DNA of 64,000 nucleotides from Natrialbaceae archaeon. GTDB lineage: Archaea; Halobacteriota; Halobacteria; Halobacteriales; Natrialbaceae. Location: NCBI GenBank assembly GCA_003559215.1, contig PWMF01000164.1:11500-75499 (forward strand). The letters are read 5' to 3'. Positions 1-12,275 of this stretch are shown piece after piece (position 1 is the stretch's first letter; every line of letters begins with the position of its first letter). The notes under the pieces were generated by a model. The model was not told the origin of the DNA and ran no database searches. It was given only the letters and a program-made list of their open reading frames with translations. The position numbers and the translations under genes are program-made.

Positions 1-757
1 CGAGCGCGCCACCGAGGAGTTCGGCCCGACCCCGGTTCTCGAGGTCTGCTCCCGCGGCGACGCCGGCAGGGAGGAACTCGACGACCACGAGGTACAGCAG
101 GGCGCCGGCCGCGAAGCCGAAGCTCAGCGCCAGCAGCCCCTCGAAGGTCGTGACGAAAACGTAGGCGACGACGGCACCGATCGGCTGTGGCAGCCCGGAG
201 AAGACGGCCCAGCCGACGACCTTCCAGCGATCCATCCCGTAAGCGATCAGCGGGATCGCGATCGCCAGCCCCTCCGGAACGTTCAGGATCGAGATCGCGA
301 TCGCCATGAAGACCGCGAGCGAGGGAAGCGCGAGGCCGGCGATCTCGACGGTTCCGTTGGTCGGATCGACGAACGAGACACCGACGGCGATCCCCTCCGG
401 AACGCTGTGGATCGTCAGCACTGCCACGGTGAGAACGACCGTTTGGGGGTCGACGTCGGAGACGGCGCTCGGAGCGAGCTCGTAGCCGCCGATGACACGG
501 TCGGCGAGGAAGACGAACGCGATGCCGGCGAGGATCCCGAGCGCAACGGAACCGACACCACCTGCGGCGATCCCCTCCGCGAGCAGGCCGAACGCGGTCG
601 CCGATAGCAGGATACCGGTGGCGACACCCCAGAGGACGACGAGCCAGCGGTCGCGGATCTCCTCGAGGACGAAAAACGGGAGCACGCCGAGCCCGGTCGC
701 GAGACCGGTAACGAGCCCGACGGCGAACACGAGCAAGAGATCAGAGAACGGTGACAT
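1..757 (-). CDS. ZIP family metal transporter (3' end runs off window)
   Basis: Own translation from ATG 757: MSPFSDLLLVFAVGLVTGLATGLG..., with ZIP motifs HSVPEGIAVGVSF and LNVPEGLAIAIPL; not in the ORF track because it is truncated. Confidence 0.9.
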   Translation of the reverse strand, partial: MSPFSDLLLVFAVGLVTGLATGLGVLPFFVLEEIRDRWLVVLWGVATGILLSATAFGLLAEGIAAGGVGSVALGILAGIAFVFLADRVIGGYELAPSAVSDVDPQTVVLTVAVLTIHSVPEGIAVGVSFVDPTNGTVEIAGLALPSLAVFMAIAISILNVPEGLAIAIPLIAYGMDRWKVVGWAVFSGLPQPIGAVVAYVFVTTFEGLLALSFGFAAGALLYLVVVEFLPAGVAAGADLENRGRAELLGGAL

Positions 758-809
758 TGGGCAAGAGATAGTACGGACGGCGGGCGGTGGGCGGACACCC
801 CGTAGCGGG

Positions 810-2081
810 TTACTGTCGGAGTTTGTCGACGAGCGGGAGGTCGGGGAGGTCGACGCCGAGTTGTTGGCGCGCGAACCTCGCGAGCAGCGGGACGTCGTTG
901 GCGCTCAGCAGCTTTCGAATGGCGAGCGGGCTCCCGTTGTTTGCCCGCGTCAGCGTCTCCTCGTCGAGACGCTCGAGATCGGCCATGAACTCGTCGTACC
1001 GGTCGTTGTCCGCGAGGTAGAGCAGCCGGGTCATCAGCTGTCGCTTCCTGACGTTCGGTGCGACCTTCTTGTGCCACAGCGAGTCGTACACCTCAAGGTT
1101 CTCGGCCGTGGGTTCGACGTTACCGTGTTTCAGACAGCTGTCCGTGGCCGCCGCGGCCATCCGACCGGACTGCATGCACGTGTGGATCCCCTCGCCCCAC
1201 AGCGGATCGACCGTCGGCACGGTGTCGCCGATAGCCATGAACCGATCCGTGTGAATCTGACCCGGTGGTTGGATGTGTGCCGAACCGCGGTGTTGCTTGC
1301 CCTCGATGCGTTCGGCGTTGCGAAAGCGCGGGTCGGTGTCGAGCCAGTGTGAGAGGTAGTCATCGATGCTGAAATCGTCGCGGGCGTACCTGCTGTGGCT
1401 GCCGTTCTGGATGTAGCAGACGCCGACCTTGGCGGTGTCTTCTCCGGTGTGGAAGATCCAGGAGTAGCCACCGGGCGCGATGTTGTGATCGAGGCGCAGC
1501 ATCATCGCGTCGTGGAGGTCTGCAAAGCCGGGGCGATCGATCTCGATCCCCTCGAGTTCGTACTCGATGCCGATGGCGTGGTTCTCGCGTTCCAGATCGC
1601 TAACGCCGAGCTTCTTGGCGATCGGCGCGGCCGGTCCGGTCGCGTCGACGACGATCTCGGCGTACACCTCCTCGTCGCCGTTGTAGGTGACGCCGACGGG
1701 TTCGCCGTTCTCGACGATCGGCGCGGTGGCCCGTGCGTCGAAGCGGTACTCGGCGCCTTTCTCCCGACTGTCCTCGACGAGAAACCGCTTGAAATCCGCA
1801 AACTCGAGAACGGCACCGGGCTGGCTCTGGACGTAGTGGTCCGTCGGGGACTCGAGGACGACCTTCTCGGTGTACTGCATCACGACGTCGTCCGGGATCC
1901 CGAAGGAGGTCATCATGGAGGGGAACGTTCCCGCAGTGGACTTGTTGCTCTGGCGCGGGAACTCGTCTTCCGCCTCCGTTTCGAGGACGACGACGTCGTA
2001 GCCGCGGATCGCGAGGTCGCGAGCACACTGGGCACCGGCCGGCCCGGCCCCGGCGACGACTACATCGTAACGCTCGTTCAT
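810..2081 (-). CDS. Digeranylgeranylglycerophospholipid reductase (geranylgeranyl reductase family)
   Basis: YDVVVAGAGPAG FAD motif, PGGYSWIF, IGD..PTVDPLWGEGI; start taken at MNERYD. Confidence 0.9.
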   Translation of the reverse strand: MNERYDVVVAGAGPAGAQCARDLAIRGYDVVVLETEAEDEFPRQSNKSTAGTFPSMMTSFGIPDDVVMQYTEKVVLESPTDHYVQSQPGAVLEFADFKRFLVEDSREKGAEYRFDARATAPIVENGEPVGVTYNGDEEVYAEIVVDATGPAAPIAKKLGVSDLERENHAIGIEYELEGIEIDRPGFADLHDAMMLRLDHNIAPGGYSWIFHTGEDTAKVGVCYIQNGSHSRYARDDFSIDDYLSHWLDTDPRFRNAERIEGKQHRGSAHIQPPGQIHTDRFMAIGDTVPTVDPLWGEGIHTCMQSGRMAAAATDSCLKHGNVEPTAENLEVYDSLWHKKVAPNVRKRQLMTRLLYLADNDRYDEFMADLERLDEETLTRANNGSPLAIRKLLSANDVPLLARFARQQLGVDLPDLPLVDKLRQ

Positions 2082-2232
2082 AGTGCTGAAACTGTCTCGC
2101 CCCCTAATGAGTTTGTCCAAGCAGTTGCGTCCCCGGCCAGCCAACGGAACCGGGATGCGGCAGCGAGTTCGACGTGGTTCGAGGGAGCACACGGAGCGGA
2201 CGATCGGGAGTCCGTCGACTCGAGCGACGACG

Positions 2233-2382
2233 TTACTCGCTGTACCCTTCCTGCATGAACGTCCCCTCGGCCTCGTAGATCGAGAGCAATTCCTCGATGA
2301 GCTCTTCGGGGGACTGGCCCTCGTCGCAGTGGCTGTCGAGTCGGTCCTTGAGGTCGTCGCTGATCTCGAGCGTGTGAGTCAT
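2233..2382 (-). CDS. Small ribbon-helix-helix-like protein (49 aa)
   Basis: MTHTLEISDDLKDRLDSH...EELIEELL; acidic, strand-helix-helix pattern. Confidence 0.7.
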   Translation of the reverse strand: MTHTLEISDDLKDRLDSHCDEGQSPEELIEELLSIYEAEGTFMQEGYSE

Positions 2383-2540
2383 ATGCGGTCGTCGGTCGTA
2401 CCCTCGGTCGCAGCGACCAAATAGCTCGGGGGCGCGTGTGCATCCGTCGGCCGATCGAACGAGGCGACTCCGGGGCGAGAGGACGACAGCCGGCACGAGA
2501 CGGCATCGCGATTATCCCCCTCCCCGAGAAATGGCGATAC

Positions 2541-2783
2541 ATGGTAGCGACACTGTCCGACGACGAAGTAGGGAAGAAAGTGATCGACGCGGAAGGCAAA
2601 GAGCTCGGCATCGTCGCGAAGGTCGAGAGCAGCCGCGCCTCCGTGGATCCGAACCCGAGCGTCGCCGAGCACCTGCTCGCGAAGATCGGCGTCGAAGGCG
2701 AGGACGACGAGGACTACCTCGTCACCGAGAGCATGGTCGACCGGGTCGACGACGACACCGTCGTCCTGCAGGGCGACATCTAG
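2541..2783 (+). CDS. PRC-barrel-like small protein
   Basis: GKKVIDAEGKELGIV...VDPNP...VDRVDDDTVVL; paralog of 31803-32048. Confidence 0.75.
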   Translation: MVATLSDDEVGKKVIDAEGKELGIVAKVESSRASVDPNPSVAEHLLAKIGVEGEDDEDYLVTESMVDRVDDDTVVLQGDI

Positions 2784-2825
2784 ACGCGAGCCGCCTTCGT
2801 TCTGCGATCGAACACCTCGAGCGCG

Positions 2826-2990
2826 TCAAGAGGGATGCTGGTGGCTGAGCCGTTCGGCCACCACGTTCGGCACCGGGGTGTTGCAGTCCTTGCACTTCCA
2901 GCTCCGGCGCACTCCGCTTCGGTCCTCTACCATGTCCTGTCTGAACCGCAGCGTCGCGCCACAGGTACACCTGTGGGTCGTCGGGGACAT
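2826..2990 (-). CDS. Small zinc-finger microprotein
   Basis: HRCTCG ... WKCKDC cysteine pairs, 54 aa. Confidence 0.7.
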   Translation of the reverse strand: MSPTTHRCTCGATLRFRQDMVEDRSGVRRSWKCKDCNTPVPNVVAERLSHQHPS

Positions 2991-3032
2991 ACCCGAGCGT
3001 TCGGGCGCTCGACTCAAAGGTCCACTGGTCCG

Positions 3033-3527
3033 TTACACCTCGTCGCCGGCCTCGAGTGCGGCCTCACAGAGCGTCTCGCGCTCGTCGAAGTACGCGGGCG
3101 CGTCGGCCTCGGCCTCGAACTCGACGATGCGGTTCAGCGCCTCCTGTCCCTCGTCGACCTCGGTCTGGAGCTCCGCGGCCAGCTCCGTGTACCCGGCCGA
3201 CAGCTCCTGAAACGCCTGTATCCGGGCCTGCTTGGCGTCGACGAGCGCCTGCTTTTCCTCGAGGTCCCGTCCCGCGGCCTCGAGGTCGTCGACGTCGGTC
3301 CCGTCGGCGGGACCGGTCGCCGACGGCGGCCGCTCGGTCCGCGGAGTGTCGTTCGATCGCTCCTCGAGTTCCGAGCGCAGCTCGGCCAGCCGCTCGTCAA
3401 TCTCGTCCAGTAGTTCGTTCGCTTCGTCGGTCATCGTCTCGACCCGACCGGACAGCAGGCCCGCCTGGGTGTGACAGTACTCGACGAACTCCGAGATCGA
3501 CGGGGGCGCTCCGGTGTCGTCGCTCAT
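3033..3527 (-). CDS. Hypothetical acidic coiled-coil protein
   Basis: 164-aa acidic helical ORF with typical haloarchaeal composition. Confidence 0.75.
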   Translation of the reverse strand: MSDDTGAPPSISEFVEYCHTQAGLLSGRVETMTDEANELLDEIDERLAELRSELEERSNDTPRTERPPSATGPADGTDVDDLEAAGRDLEEKQALVDAKQARIQAFQELSAGYTELAAELQTEVDEGQEALNRIVEFEAEADAPAYFDERETLCEAALEAGDEV

Positions 3528-3703
3528 ATCGTATCCGTTCGTGCTTCCGACCGAAGTCAGTTCGGCTCCCCTCGCAGTCGAATGTTACCATATCACTCTG
3601 TGTTGGGCTTTCAGACGGGTTAAGTTCCTTCGACCCCTGGCTCGGGTATAATGATTGGTCCGTCAGCGCGATCACCGTTTCACGCCCGTTTCCGGAGGTC
3701 TCG

Positions 3704-6667
<2,964 letters not shown>

Positions 6668-6723
6668 CACGTCCTACGGCGATCGGAACTGTTACCGGCG
6701 CGATCTTCCTACTCTCCGAACGA

Positions 6724-7131
6724 ATGAGCGACCGGAAGGAAAGCGTCAAACGCGGCTTCGCCGTCGCCGGCGCCGTCACGCTTCTGCTCGCGGTCGGCAT
6801 CGTCGTCCTCGCCGGGACGACTCCCGTCACGCTCCTGCTGTTCGCGTGGTTCGCGACGGCGGGCGGGCTGTTGCTCGTCGCCGGCGTTCGCGAACGAATC
6901 TCGCTGGGTGACACGGGGGTCGGCTGGCCGCGGATCGGAGCCGTCGGCCTGGCGACGCTCGCGCTCGGTTCGACGACGCTCGGCTTCACGCAACTGCTCG
7001 CCGGCGCCGGCGGCTGGACGCTGCTCAACGGCGTCGTCATGCTGTTCGTCGGGTTCGCGCTCGTCCTGTTCGCACTCGAGTGCTGGCTCGGAGGTGCGGG
7101 GATGGATCCGGAGACGTTCGCGGTCGACTGA
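6724..7131 (+). CDS. Hypothetical membrane protein (~4 TM)
   Basis: Hydrophobic 135-aa ORF. Confidence 0.7.
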   Translation: MSDRKESVKRGFAVAGAVTLLLAVGIVVLAGTTPVTLLLFAWFATAGGLLLVAGVRERISLGDTGVGWPRIGAVGLATLALGSTTLGFTQLLAGAGGWTLLNGVVMLFVGFALVLFALECWLGGAGMDPETFAVD

Positions 7132-7174
7132 TCGCGAACGGAACGGATTTGATCGGGGCGGCTCGAGCCATCGT

Positions 7175-7372
7175 ATGGGCTCGGACGACCGGTGTCAGAT
7201 GGGCGGCTGTACACGAGCGGCCGACCGTACGATGACGTTCAGAAGCCACGAGGATATCGACGTCTGTGCGACCCACTACCGGCGCAACGTCGCGATCAAG
7301 TACGGCGTGCTGACTTGCGTCTCGATCGTCCTCGCCGGACTTGGGCTCAGCGTCTACTGGTTGGCTCTCTGA
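7175..7372 (+). CDS. Small Cys/His zinc-binding protein with C-terminal TM anchor
   Basis: CQMGGC...CATH followed by a hydrophobic helix. Confidence 0.6.
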   Translation: MGSDDRCQMGGCTRAADRTMTFRSHEDIDVCATHYRRNVAIKYGVLTCVSIVLAGLGLSVYWLAL

Positions 7373-7429
7373 TCGATCGTCGACGGTTCCGGGGGAAGCT
7401 TTCTGCGCCTCGAGCGCCTCCGTTTGGGT

Positions 7430-8473
7430 ATGGCGACCGTCTACGTCGCGTTGCGCGATCGGCTGCTCCGTGCGGAGGGAGACGAGGAGTGGACGACGAC
7501 GACCGCCCTCGAGGGCCACGACCTCGAGTGCCTCGCCGCCTCGCCCGACACGCCCGAGCGGGTGTTCGTCGGCACCTTCGAAAGTGGGCTCCACCGCTCG
7601 ACGGACGGCGGCGACTCGTTCGACTCGCTCGAGACCGGGTTCGTTCCCGAGCGCGAGTCGGGGTACGGCGGCGCCGAAAACCTCGAGAGCGACGCCGTCA
7701 CGGCGGTGACGATCAGCCCCCACGATCCCGACGTGGTCTACGCCGGTACCGAACCGAGCCGGGTCTACCGCTCGACCGACGGCGGCGACTCCTGGACCCA
7801 CCTCGAGGGGCTTACCGATCTCCCCTCGGCCGGGAGCTGGTTCTTCCCGCCCAGACCGCACACCCACCACGTCCGCTGGCTCGAGGTCGACCCGTTCGAT
7901 CCCGATCGGCTCTACGTCGGGATCGAGGCGGGAGCGTTCGTGCTGAGTACGGACGGCGGCGAGAGCTGGCAGGAACGGCCCGAGGGCTCTCGGCGGGACA
8001 ACCATAGCATGGCGACCCACCCCGATCAGGAGGGGCTCGTCTACTCGGCCGCTGGCGACGGTTTTGCAGTTTCGACGGACGGCGGCGAGTCGTGGGACCA
8101 CCCCCAGGAGGGACTCGAGCACCGTTACTGCTGGAACGTCGTTCCCGACCCCGGCGATCCGGAGTCCGTGCTCGTCTCGAGCGCCAGCGGCGCGCGATCG
8201 GCTCACACGGCGAGTTCGGCGGAGTCGTACGTCTACCGCAGTTCGGGTGGAGAGCCCTGGGAGCGCCTCGAGAGGACGGGATTGCCTACGGGCGAAGACG
8301 TCGTTCGCGCCGAGTTCGCCGCCGGGACCGAGCCCGGCGTCGTCTACGCCGCGAACAACCGCGGGCTGTTCCGGACCGGCGACTTCGGCGACTCCTGGGA
8401 TCGCCTCGAGGTAGCGTGGCCGGAGAGCCTCGAGGCGCAGGCGCCCCGAGGGCTGGCGGTGCTCGAGGAGTGA
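7430..8473 (+). CDS. BNR/Asp-box (WD40/YVTN-like) beta-propeller protein
   Basis: Repeated STDGGDSW / STDGGESW / TGDFGDSW Asp-boxes. Confidence 0.9.
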   Translation: MATVYVALRDRLLRAEGDEEWTTTTALEGHDLECLAASPDTPERVFVGTFESGLHRSTDGGDSFDSLETGFVPERESGYGGAENLESDAVTAVTISPHDPDVVYAGTEPSRVYRSTDGGDSWTHLEGLTDLPSAGSWFFPPRPHTHHVRWLEVDPFDPDRLYVGIEAGAFVLSTDGGESWQERPEGSRRDNHSMATHPDQEGLVYSAAGDGFAVSTDGGESWDHPQEGLEHRYCWNVVPDPGDPESVLVSSASGARSAHTASSAESYVYRSSGGEPWERLERTGLPTGEDVVRAEFAAGTEPGVVYAANNRGLFRTGDFGDSWDRLEVAWPESLEAQAPRGLAVLEE

Positions 8474-8598
8474 GCCAGCCCGGTTCAGATCGGTTCTGTA
8501 CTCGAGGCGCGGGAAGTCTATAGCACGCGCTCGGTTCCTCCCGGTAGCGCGGGGATACGTTTTCTTCTCGACTGGCGCGATCGGAGTCGGGCGGGTCG

Positions 8599-9546
8599 TC
8601 ACCGACCGCCGCGACGGGGCGGGCCTCCGGCCTCGATCGTGAGCCACTCCGCGAGCAACTGCTTCGTCGCGTCACTGCTCCGGACGCCGTCGTGGTCGGT
8701 CTCGAGGCGGACGTTCTCGGCGCCCTCGAGGACCGGGCTCTCCGGTCGGACGAGGAAGAACTCGTCGGTACTCCCCCGGATCGTGTAGTAGTCGACGCCG
8801 TCGTCGTTCGGCGTCTCGTCGGGCGTGTTGAGTTCGTACAGCGGCTCGCCGGGCGTATCGGCACAGTCGTGGGAGATGAACTGGCACGGCCGGGTCGTCC
8901 CCGGCCCCTCCTCACAGCCCGGCCCACAGGTCCAGGTACCGTGGTTCGCGCCGGCGAGTCCGACGACCGTCTCGACTCGGTCGTACCGCTCGGGGTGAGT
9001 TTCGAGCCCGTCCATCCAGCACCGCAGCCCGGTCACCCCTAGGCTGTGGCCGACGAGCTGGACGGCGTCGGCCCCGGTTTCGGCGCGGATCCCGTCAACG
9101 AACGCCTCGAGCTGGGCCCGCATCTCCTCGTGGGTCGACCCCTCCCGACCGAAGGTGATCGCCCAGAGCTCGTCGCCGAGAAAGCCCCGCTCGAGGAGGT
9201 AGTCGGCGTGCTCGAGGAAGTCACAGGCGTCCCGGGTGTTGCCGTGAGCGAAGACGACCGGGGTGTACTCGAACCCCGGATCGGTACCGTGGAACTCGTG
9301 GCCGCCCCAGCCGCCGTAGCCGTCGGTCTCGAACGGCAGCCGCGAGTCGTCGGTTCGATCCTCCTCGCAAGGGTTCCCGGTTCCGATCTGCAGTCCCGCG
9401 AGCTCGTCGTCGCCGTCCTTGAGGTGATCGTCCGCCGCGGCGACCCCGGATCCCGCGACGCTCGCCGCGGTCGCGGTTCCGAGTGCGCCGAGGACGCGCC
9501 GACGGCTCGGGCTCGGGGATTCGGATTCAGGTTCGTCCTGTCGCAT
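8599..9546 (-). CDS. Tat-secreted alpha/beta hydrolase (lipase family 2 / PhaZ7-like)
   Basis: SRRRVLGALG Tat signal, PVVFAHGN oxyanion motif, GHSLG nucleophile, C-terminal TDHDG histidine. Confidence 0.85.
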   Translation of the reverse strand: MRQDEPESESPSPSRRRVLGALGTATAASVAGSGVAAADDHLKDGDDELAGLQIGTGNPCEEDRTDDSRLPFETDGYGGWGGHEFHGTDPGFEYTPVVFAHGNTRDACDFLEHADYLLERGFLGDELWAITFGREGSTHEEMRAQLEAFVDGIRAETGADAVQLVGHSLGVTGLRCWMDGLETHPERYDRVETVVGLAGANHGTWTCGPGCEEGPGTTRPCQFISHDCADTPGEPLYELNTPDETPNDDGVDYYTIRGSTDEFFLVRPESPVLEGAENVRLETDHDGVRSSDATKQLLAEWLTIEAGGPPRRGGR

Positions 9547-9746
9547 ACAGTGACGGTCAGGTAGCTCAAGAATAACACCTCGGCATGAGCAATCATGCCA
9601 CCCCACGTCCCCGACCGAGGACGCGACGCGTTGTTCCGACGGCACTGGGCCGCTTTCGGAGTCGTCAGCTCCGACGAGGATGACGTCACCCGCTTCGAAA
9701 TCCTTTTAGGCGCTACACGGGGATACTAGCGTAACTGAGTGATATC

Positions 9747-10064
9747 ATGGACGTCGACATCATTTCCGAAGAGGAAAACCCCATGTTGCACCGCACTGAC
9801 GTGACCTTCGAACTGTCCCACGACGACGCCACGCCGGAGCGACTCCAGGTACGGGACAGCCTCGCGGCGAAGATGAACAAGGACGCCGACGAGGTCGTCG
9901 TCCGCAAGCTCGACACCAAGTTCGGCATGCGAAAGACCGTCGGCCAGGCGAAGGTCTACGAGACGGCCGACCACGCCCGCGACGTCGAGCAGGAGCACAT
10001 GCTCGAGCGCAACAAGATCGTCGGCGACGCCGACGAGGCCGAGGCCGAAGCGGAGGAAGCGTAA
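9747..10064 (+). CDS. rps24e: 30S ribosomal protein S24e
   Basis: ENPMLHR, ATPERLQVR, TKFGMRKTVGQAKVY. Confidence 0.97.
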   Translation: MDVDIISEEENPMLHRTDVTFELSHDDATPERLQVRDSLAAKMNKDADEVVVRKLDTKFGMRKTVGQAKVYETADHARDVEQEHMLERNKIVGDADEAEAEAEEA

Positions 10065-10199
10065 ATGGCCCGCTACGAGCTCTACGACGACGACGGCAGC
10101 AAGAACCGCGAGGAGTGTCCTCGCTGTGGCGACACCTTCCTCGCCGACCACGGCGACCGGCTGCACTGCGGGAAGTGTAGTTACACCGAGTGGGAATAG
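10065..10199 (+). CDS. rps27ae: 30S ribosomal protein S27ae
   Basis: Own translation [44 protein letters not shown], directly after the rps24e stop. Confidence 0.97.
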   Translation: MARYELYDDDGSKNREECPRCGDTFLADHGDRLHCGKCSYTEWE

Positions 10200-10249
10200 C
10201 GAGCCGAACCGCTCTTTAGCCGCCGATACCGATCAGTAGCCAACTAGCC

Positions 10250-11968
10250 GTGAGTTCTCACACCCGCGTTCTCGGCATCGAGGGCACCGCCTGGGCGGCC
10301 AGCGCCGCCGTCTACGACGCTGCGACCGACGAGGTCCTTATCGAGAGCGACGCCTATCAGCCCGAAAGCGGCGGCATCCACCCTCGTGAGGCCGCCGAAC
10401 ACATGCACGACGCGATTCCTCGAGTCGTCGAGACGGTCCTCGAGCACGCCCGCGAAACGTACGACGGGGCCGACGGCGAGCCGCCGGTGGACGCCGTCGC
10501 TTTCTCTCGGGGCCCAGGTCTCGGCCCCTGTCTTCGGATCGTCGGCACGGCCGCGCGGGCACTGAGTCAGTCGCTCGAGGTGCCGCTCGTGGGGGTAAAC
10601 CACATGGTCGCCCACCTCGAGATCGGGCGCCACAGCTCCGGATTCGACTCGCCGGTCTGTCTGAACGCCAGCGGCGCGAACGCCCACCTGCTGGCGTATC
10701 GCAACGGTCGCTACCGGGTGCTGGGGGAGACGATGGACACCGGCGTCGGCAACGCGATCGACAAGTTCACCCGCCACGTCGGCTGGTCCCACCCCGGCGG
10801 ACCGAAGGTCGAGGAAGCCGCGGCCGACGGCGAGTACGTCGACCTTCCCTACGTCGTCAAGGGGATGGACTTCTCGTTCTCGGGGATCATGAGCGCGGCC
10901 AAGCAGGCCGTCGACGATGGGACGCCCGTCGAGGACGTCTGTTTCTCCCTGCAGGAGAATATCTTCGGCATGCTGACCGAGGTATCGGAACGCGCGTTGT
11001 CACTGACCGGAAGTGACGAACTCGTTCTCGGTGGCGGGGTCGGCCAGAACGCCCGGCTCCGGGAGATGCTCGAGGAGATGTGCGCCCAGCGCGGCGCGAG
11101 GTTTCACGCGCCCGATCCCCGCTTCCTGCGGGACAACGCGGGGATGATCGCCGTACTCGGCGCGAAGATATACGACGCCGGCGACACGCTTGCGATAGCG
11201 GACTCGCGGGTGGATCCGGATTTCCGGCCCGATCAGGTGCCGGTTACGTGGCGAGCGAGGAACGAGCGGAGCGAGTTCCTTGGAAACGCGAGCGGCGACG
11301 AACGGAGCCGCGAGCAGCGAGACGAGTCCGACCTGACGATCGGCCGTGAGGAAGGCAGCGTCCAGGGTGCCGAGGCGCTCGTCGACCTCGAGCCCGACGC
11401 GGGCCGGGTAACGAAGCGTCGCGAGCCGAAAACGTACCGCCACCCCGAACTCGACGAGCGGCTCCGTCGCGAGCGGACGCGCATCGAGGCGCGACTGACG
11501 AGCCTCGCTCGACGGGAGGGCGTGCCGACGCCCGTGCTCTCGGACATCGACGGGCGCGAGTCGCGCCTCGAGCTCGAATACGTCGGCCGGGAGGACCTTC
11601 GAACGGCGCTCTCGCCGGAACGGGTCCGCGAGGTGAGCCGACACCTCGCGCGGCTCCACCGGGCCGGGTTCGTCCACGGCGACCTGACGACGCGAAACGT
11701 CAGAGTCGGCCGTGCGGACAGAGACCACGACCACGACGGACCGAGCCGGACGTACCTCATCGACTTCGGACTCGGCTACCACACCGACCACGTCGAGGAC
11801 TACGCGATGGATCTGCACGTCTTCGACCAGAGTCTCGTCGGCACCGCGGCCGACCCCGACCCCTTGCGGGCGGCCCTACGAGAAGGGTATCGTGAAGTGG
11901 GCGAGGAGCGCGTGCTCGAACGCCTCGCTGACGTCGAGGGGCGGGGCCGGTACGTCGACGACCAGTAG
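10250..11968 (+). CDS. kae1: Bifunctional KEOPS Kae1 (t6A synthase) / Bud32 kinase fusion
   Basis: LGIEGTA, GGIHPREAAEH, VNHMVAHLE, DNAGMIA; kinase QGAEA, HGDLTTRN, LIDFGL. Confidence 0.96.
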   Translation: MSSHTRVLGIEGTAWAASAAVYDAATDEVLIESDAYQPESGGIHPREAAEHMHDAIPRVVETVLEHARETYDGADGEPPVDAVAFSRGPGLGPCLRIVGTAARALSQSLEVPLVGVNHMVAHLEIGRHSSGFDSPVCLNASGANAHLLAYRNGRYRVLGETMDTGVGNAIDKFTRHVGWSHPGGPKVEEAAADGEYVDLPYVVKGMDFSFSGIMSAAKQAVDDGTPVEDVCFSLQENIFGMLTEVSERALSLTGSDELVLGGGVGQNARLREMLEEMCAQRGARFHAPDPRFLRDNAGMIAVLGAKIYDAGDTLAIADSRVDPDFRPDQVPVTWRARNERSEFLGNASGDERSREQRDESDLTIGREEGSVQGAEALVDLEPDAGRVTKRREPKTYRHPELDERLRRERTRIEARLTSLARREGVPTPVLSDIDGRESRLELEYVGREDLRTALSPERVREVSRHLARLHRAGFVHGDLTTRNVRVGRADRDHDHDGPSRTYLIDFGLGYHTDHVEDYAMDLHVFDQSLVGTAADPDPLRAALREGYREVGEERVLERLADVEGRGRYVDDQ

Positions 11969-11973
11969 CGCTC

Positions 11974-12195
11974 CTACTCGTCCCCACCGGAGTCGGTCGT
12001 CGTATCGATCCCGAACAGGTAGTTGCCGCCGCAGAAACACGTCATCGCGTTCTGGAGCAGACCGAGCCCGGCGATCCCCGCGATCGCTGCCCGTTCTCGT
12101 GCGTCGTCCCGATAGGCTGCGGCCGCGACGACGAGCAGCCAGATCCCGAGCACGCCTCGAACGATACGATCGAGTCCGCCGACGTTCCGTTCCAT
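11974..12195 (-). CDS. YgaP/DUF2892 family membrane protein
   Basis: MERNVGGLDRIVR ... FC..NYLFGIDT. Confidence 0.88.
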   Translation of the reverse strand: MERNVGGLDRIVRGVLGIWLLVVAAAAYRDDARERAAIAGIAGLGLLQNAMTCFCGGNYLFGIDTTTDSGGDE

Positions 12196-12275
12196 GCGGG
12201 AGCGATCGACGCGATCGCAGTTAGCTGTACCGTCGAACCGGGAGTCTCTTGGGGTGACCGCTCGAGGAACGACCG

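Noticed and set aside
3540-3700. DNA-damage-responsive operator upstream of uvrA
   Set aside because: AT-rich, but no convincing palindrome or repeat shared with the uvrD or udg upstream regions
3056-3703. 216-aa N-terminal extension of UvrA in the ORF track
   Set aside because: Arg-rich shadow sequence overlapping the opposite-strand gene; the SD and UvrA homology start at ATG 3704
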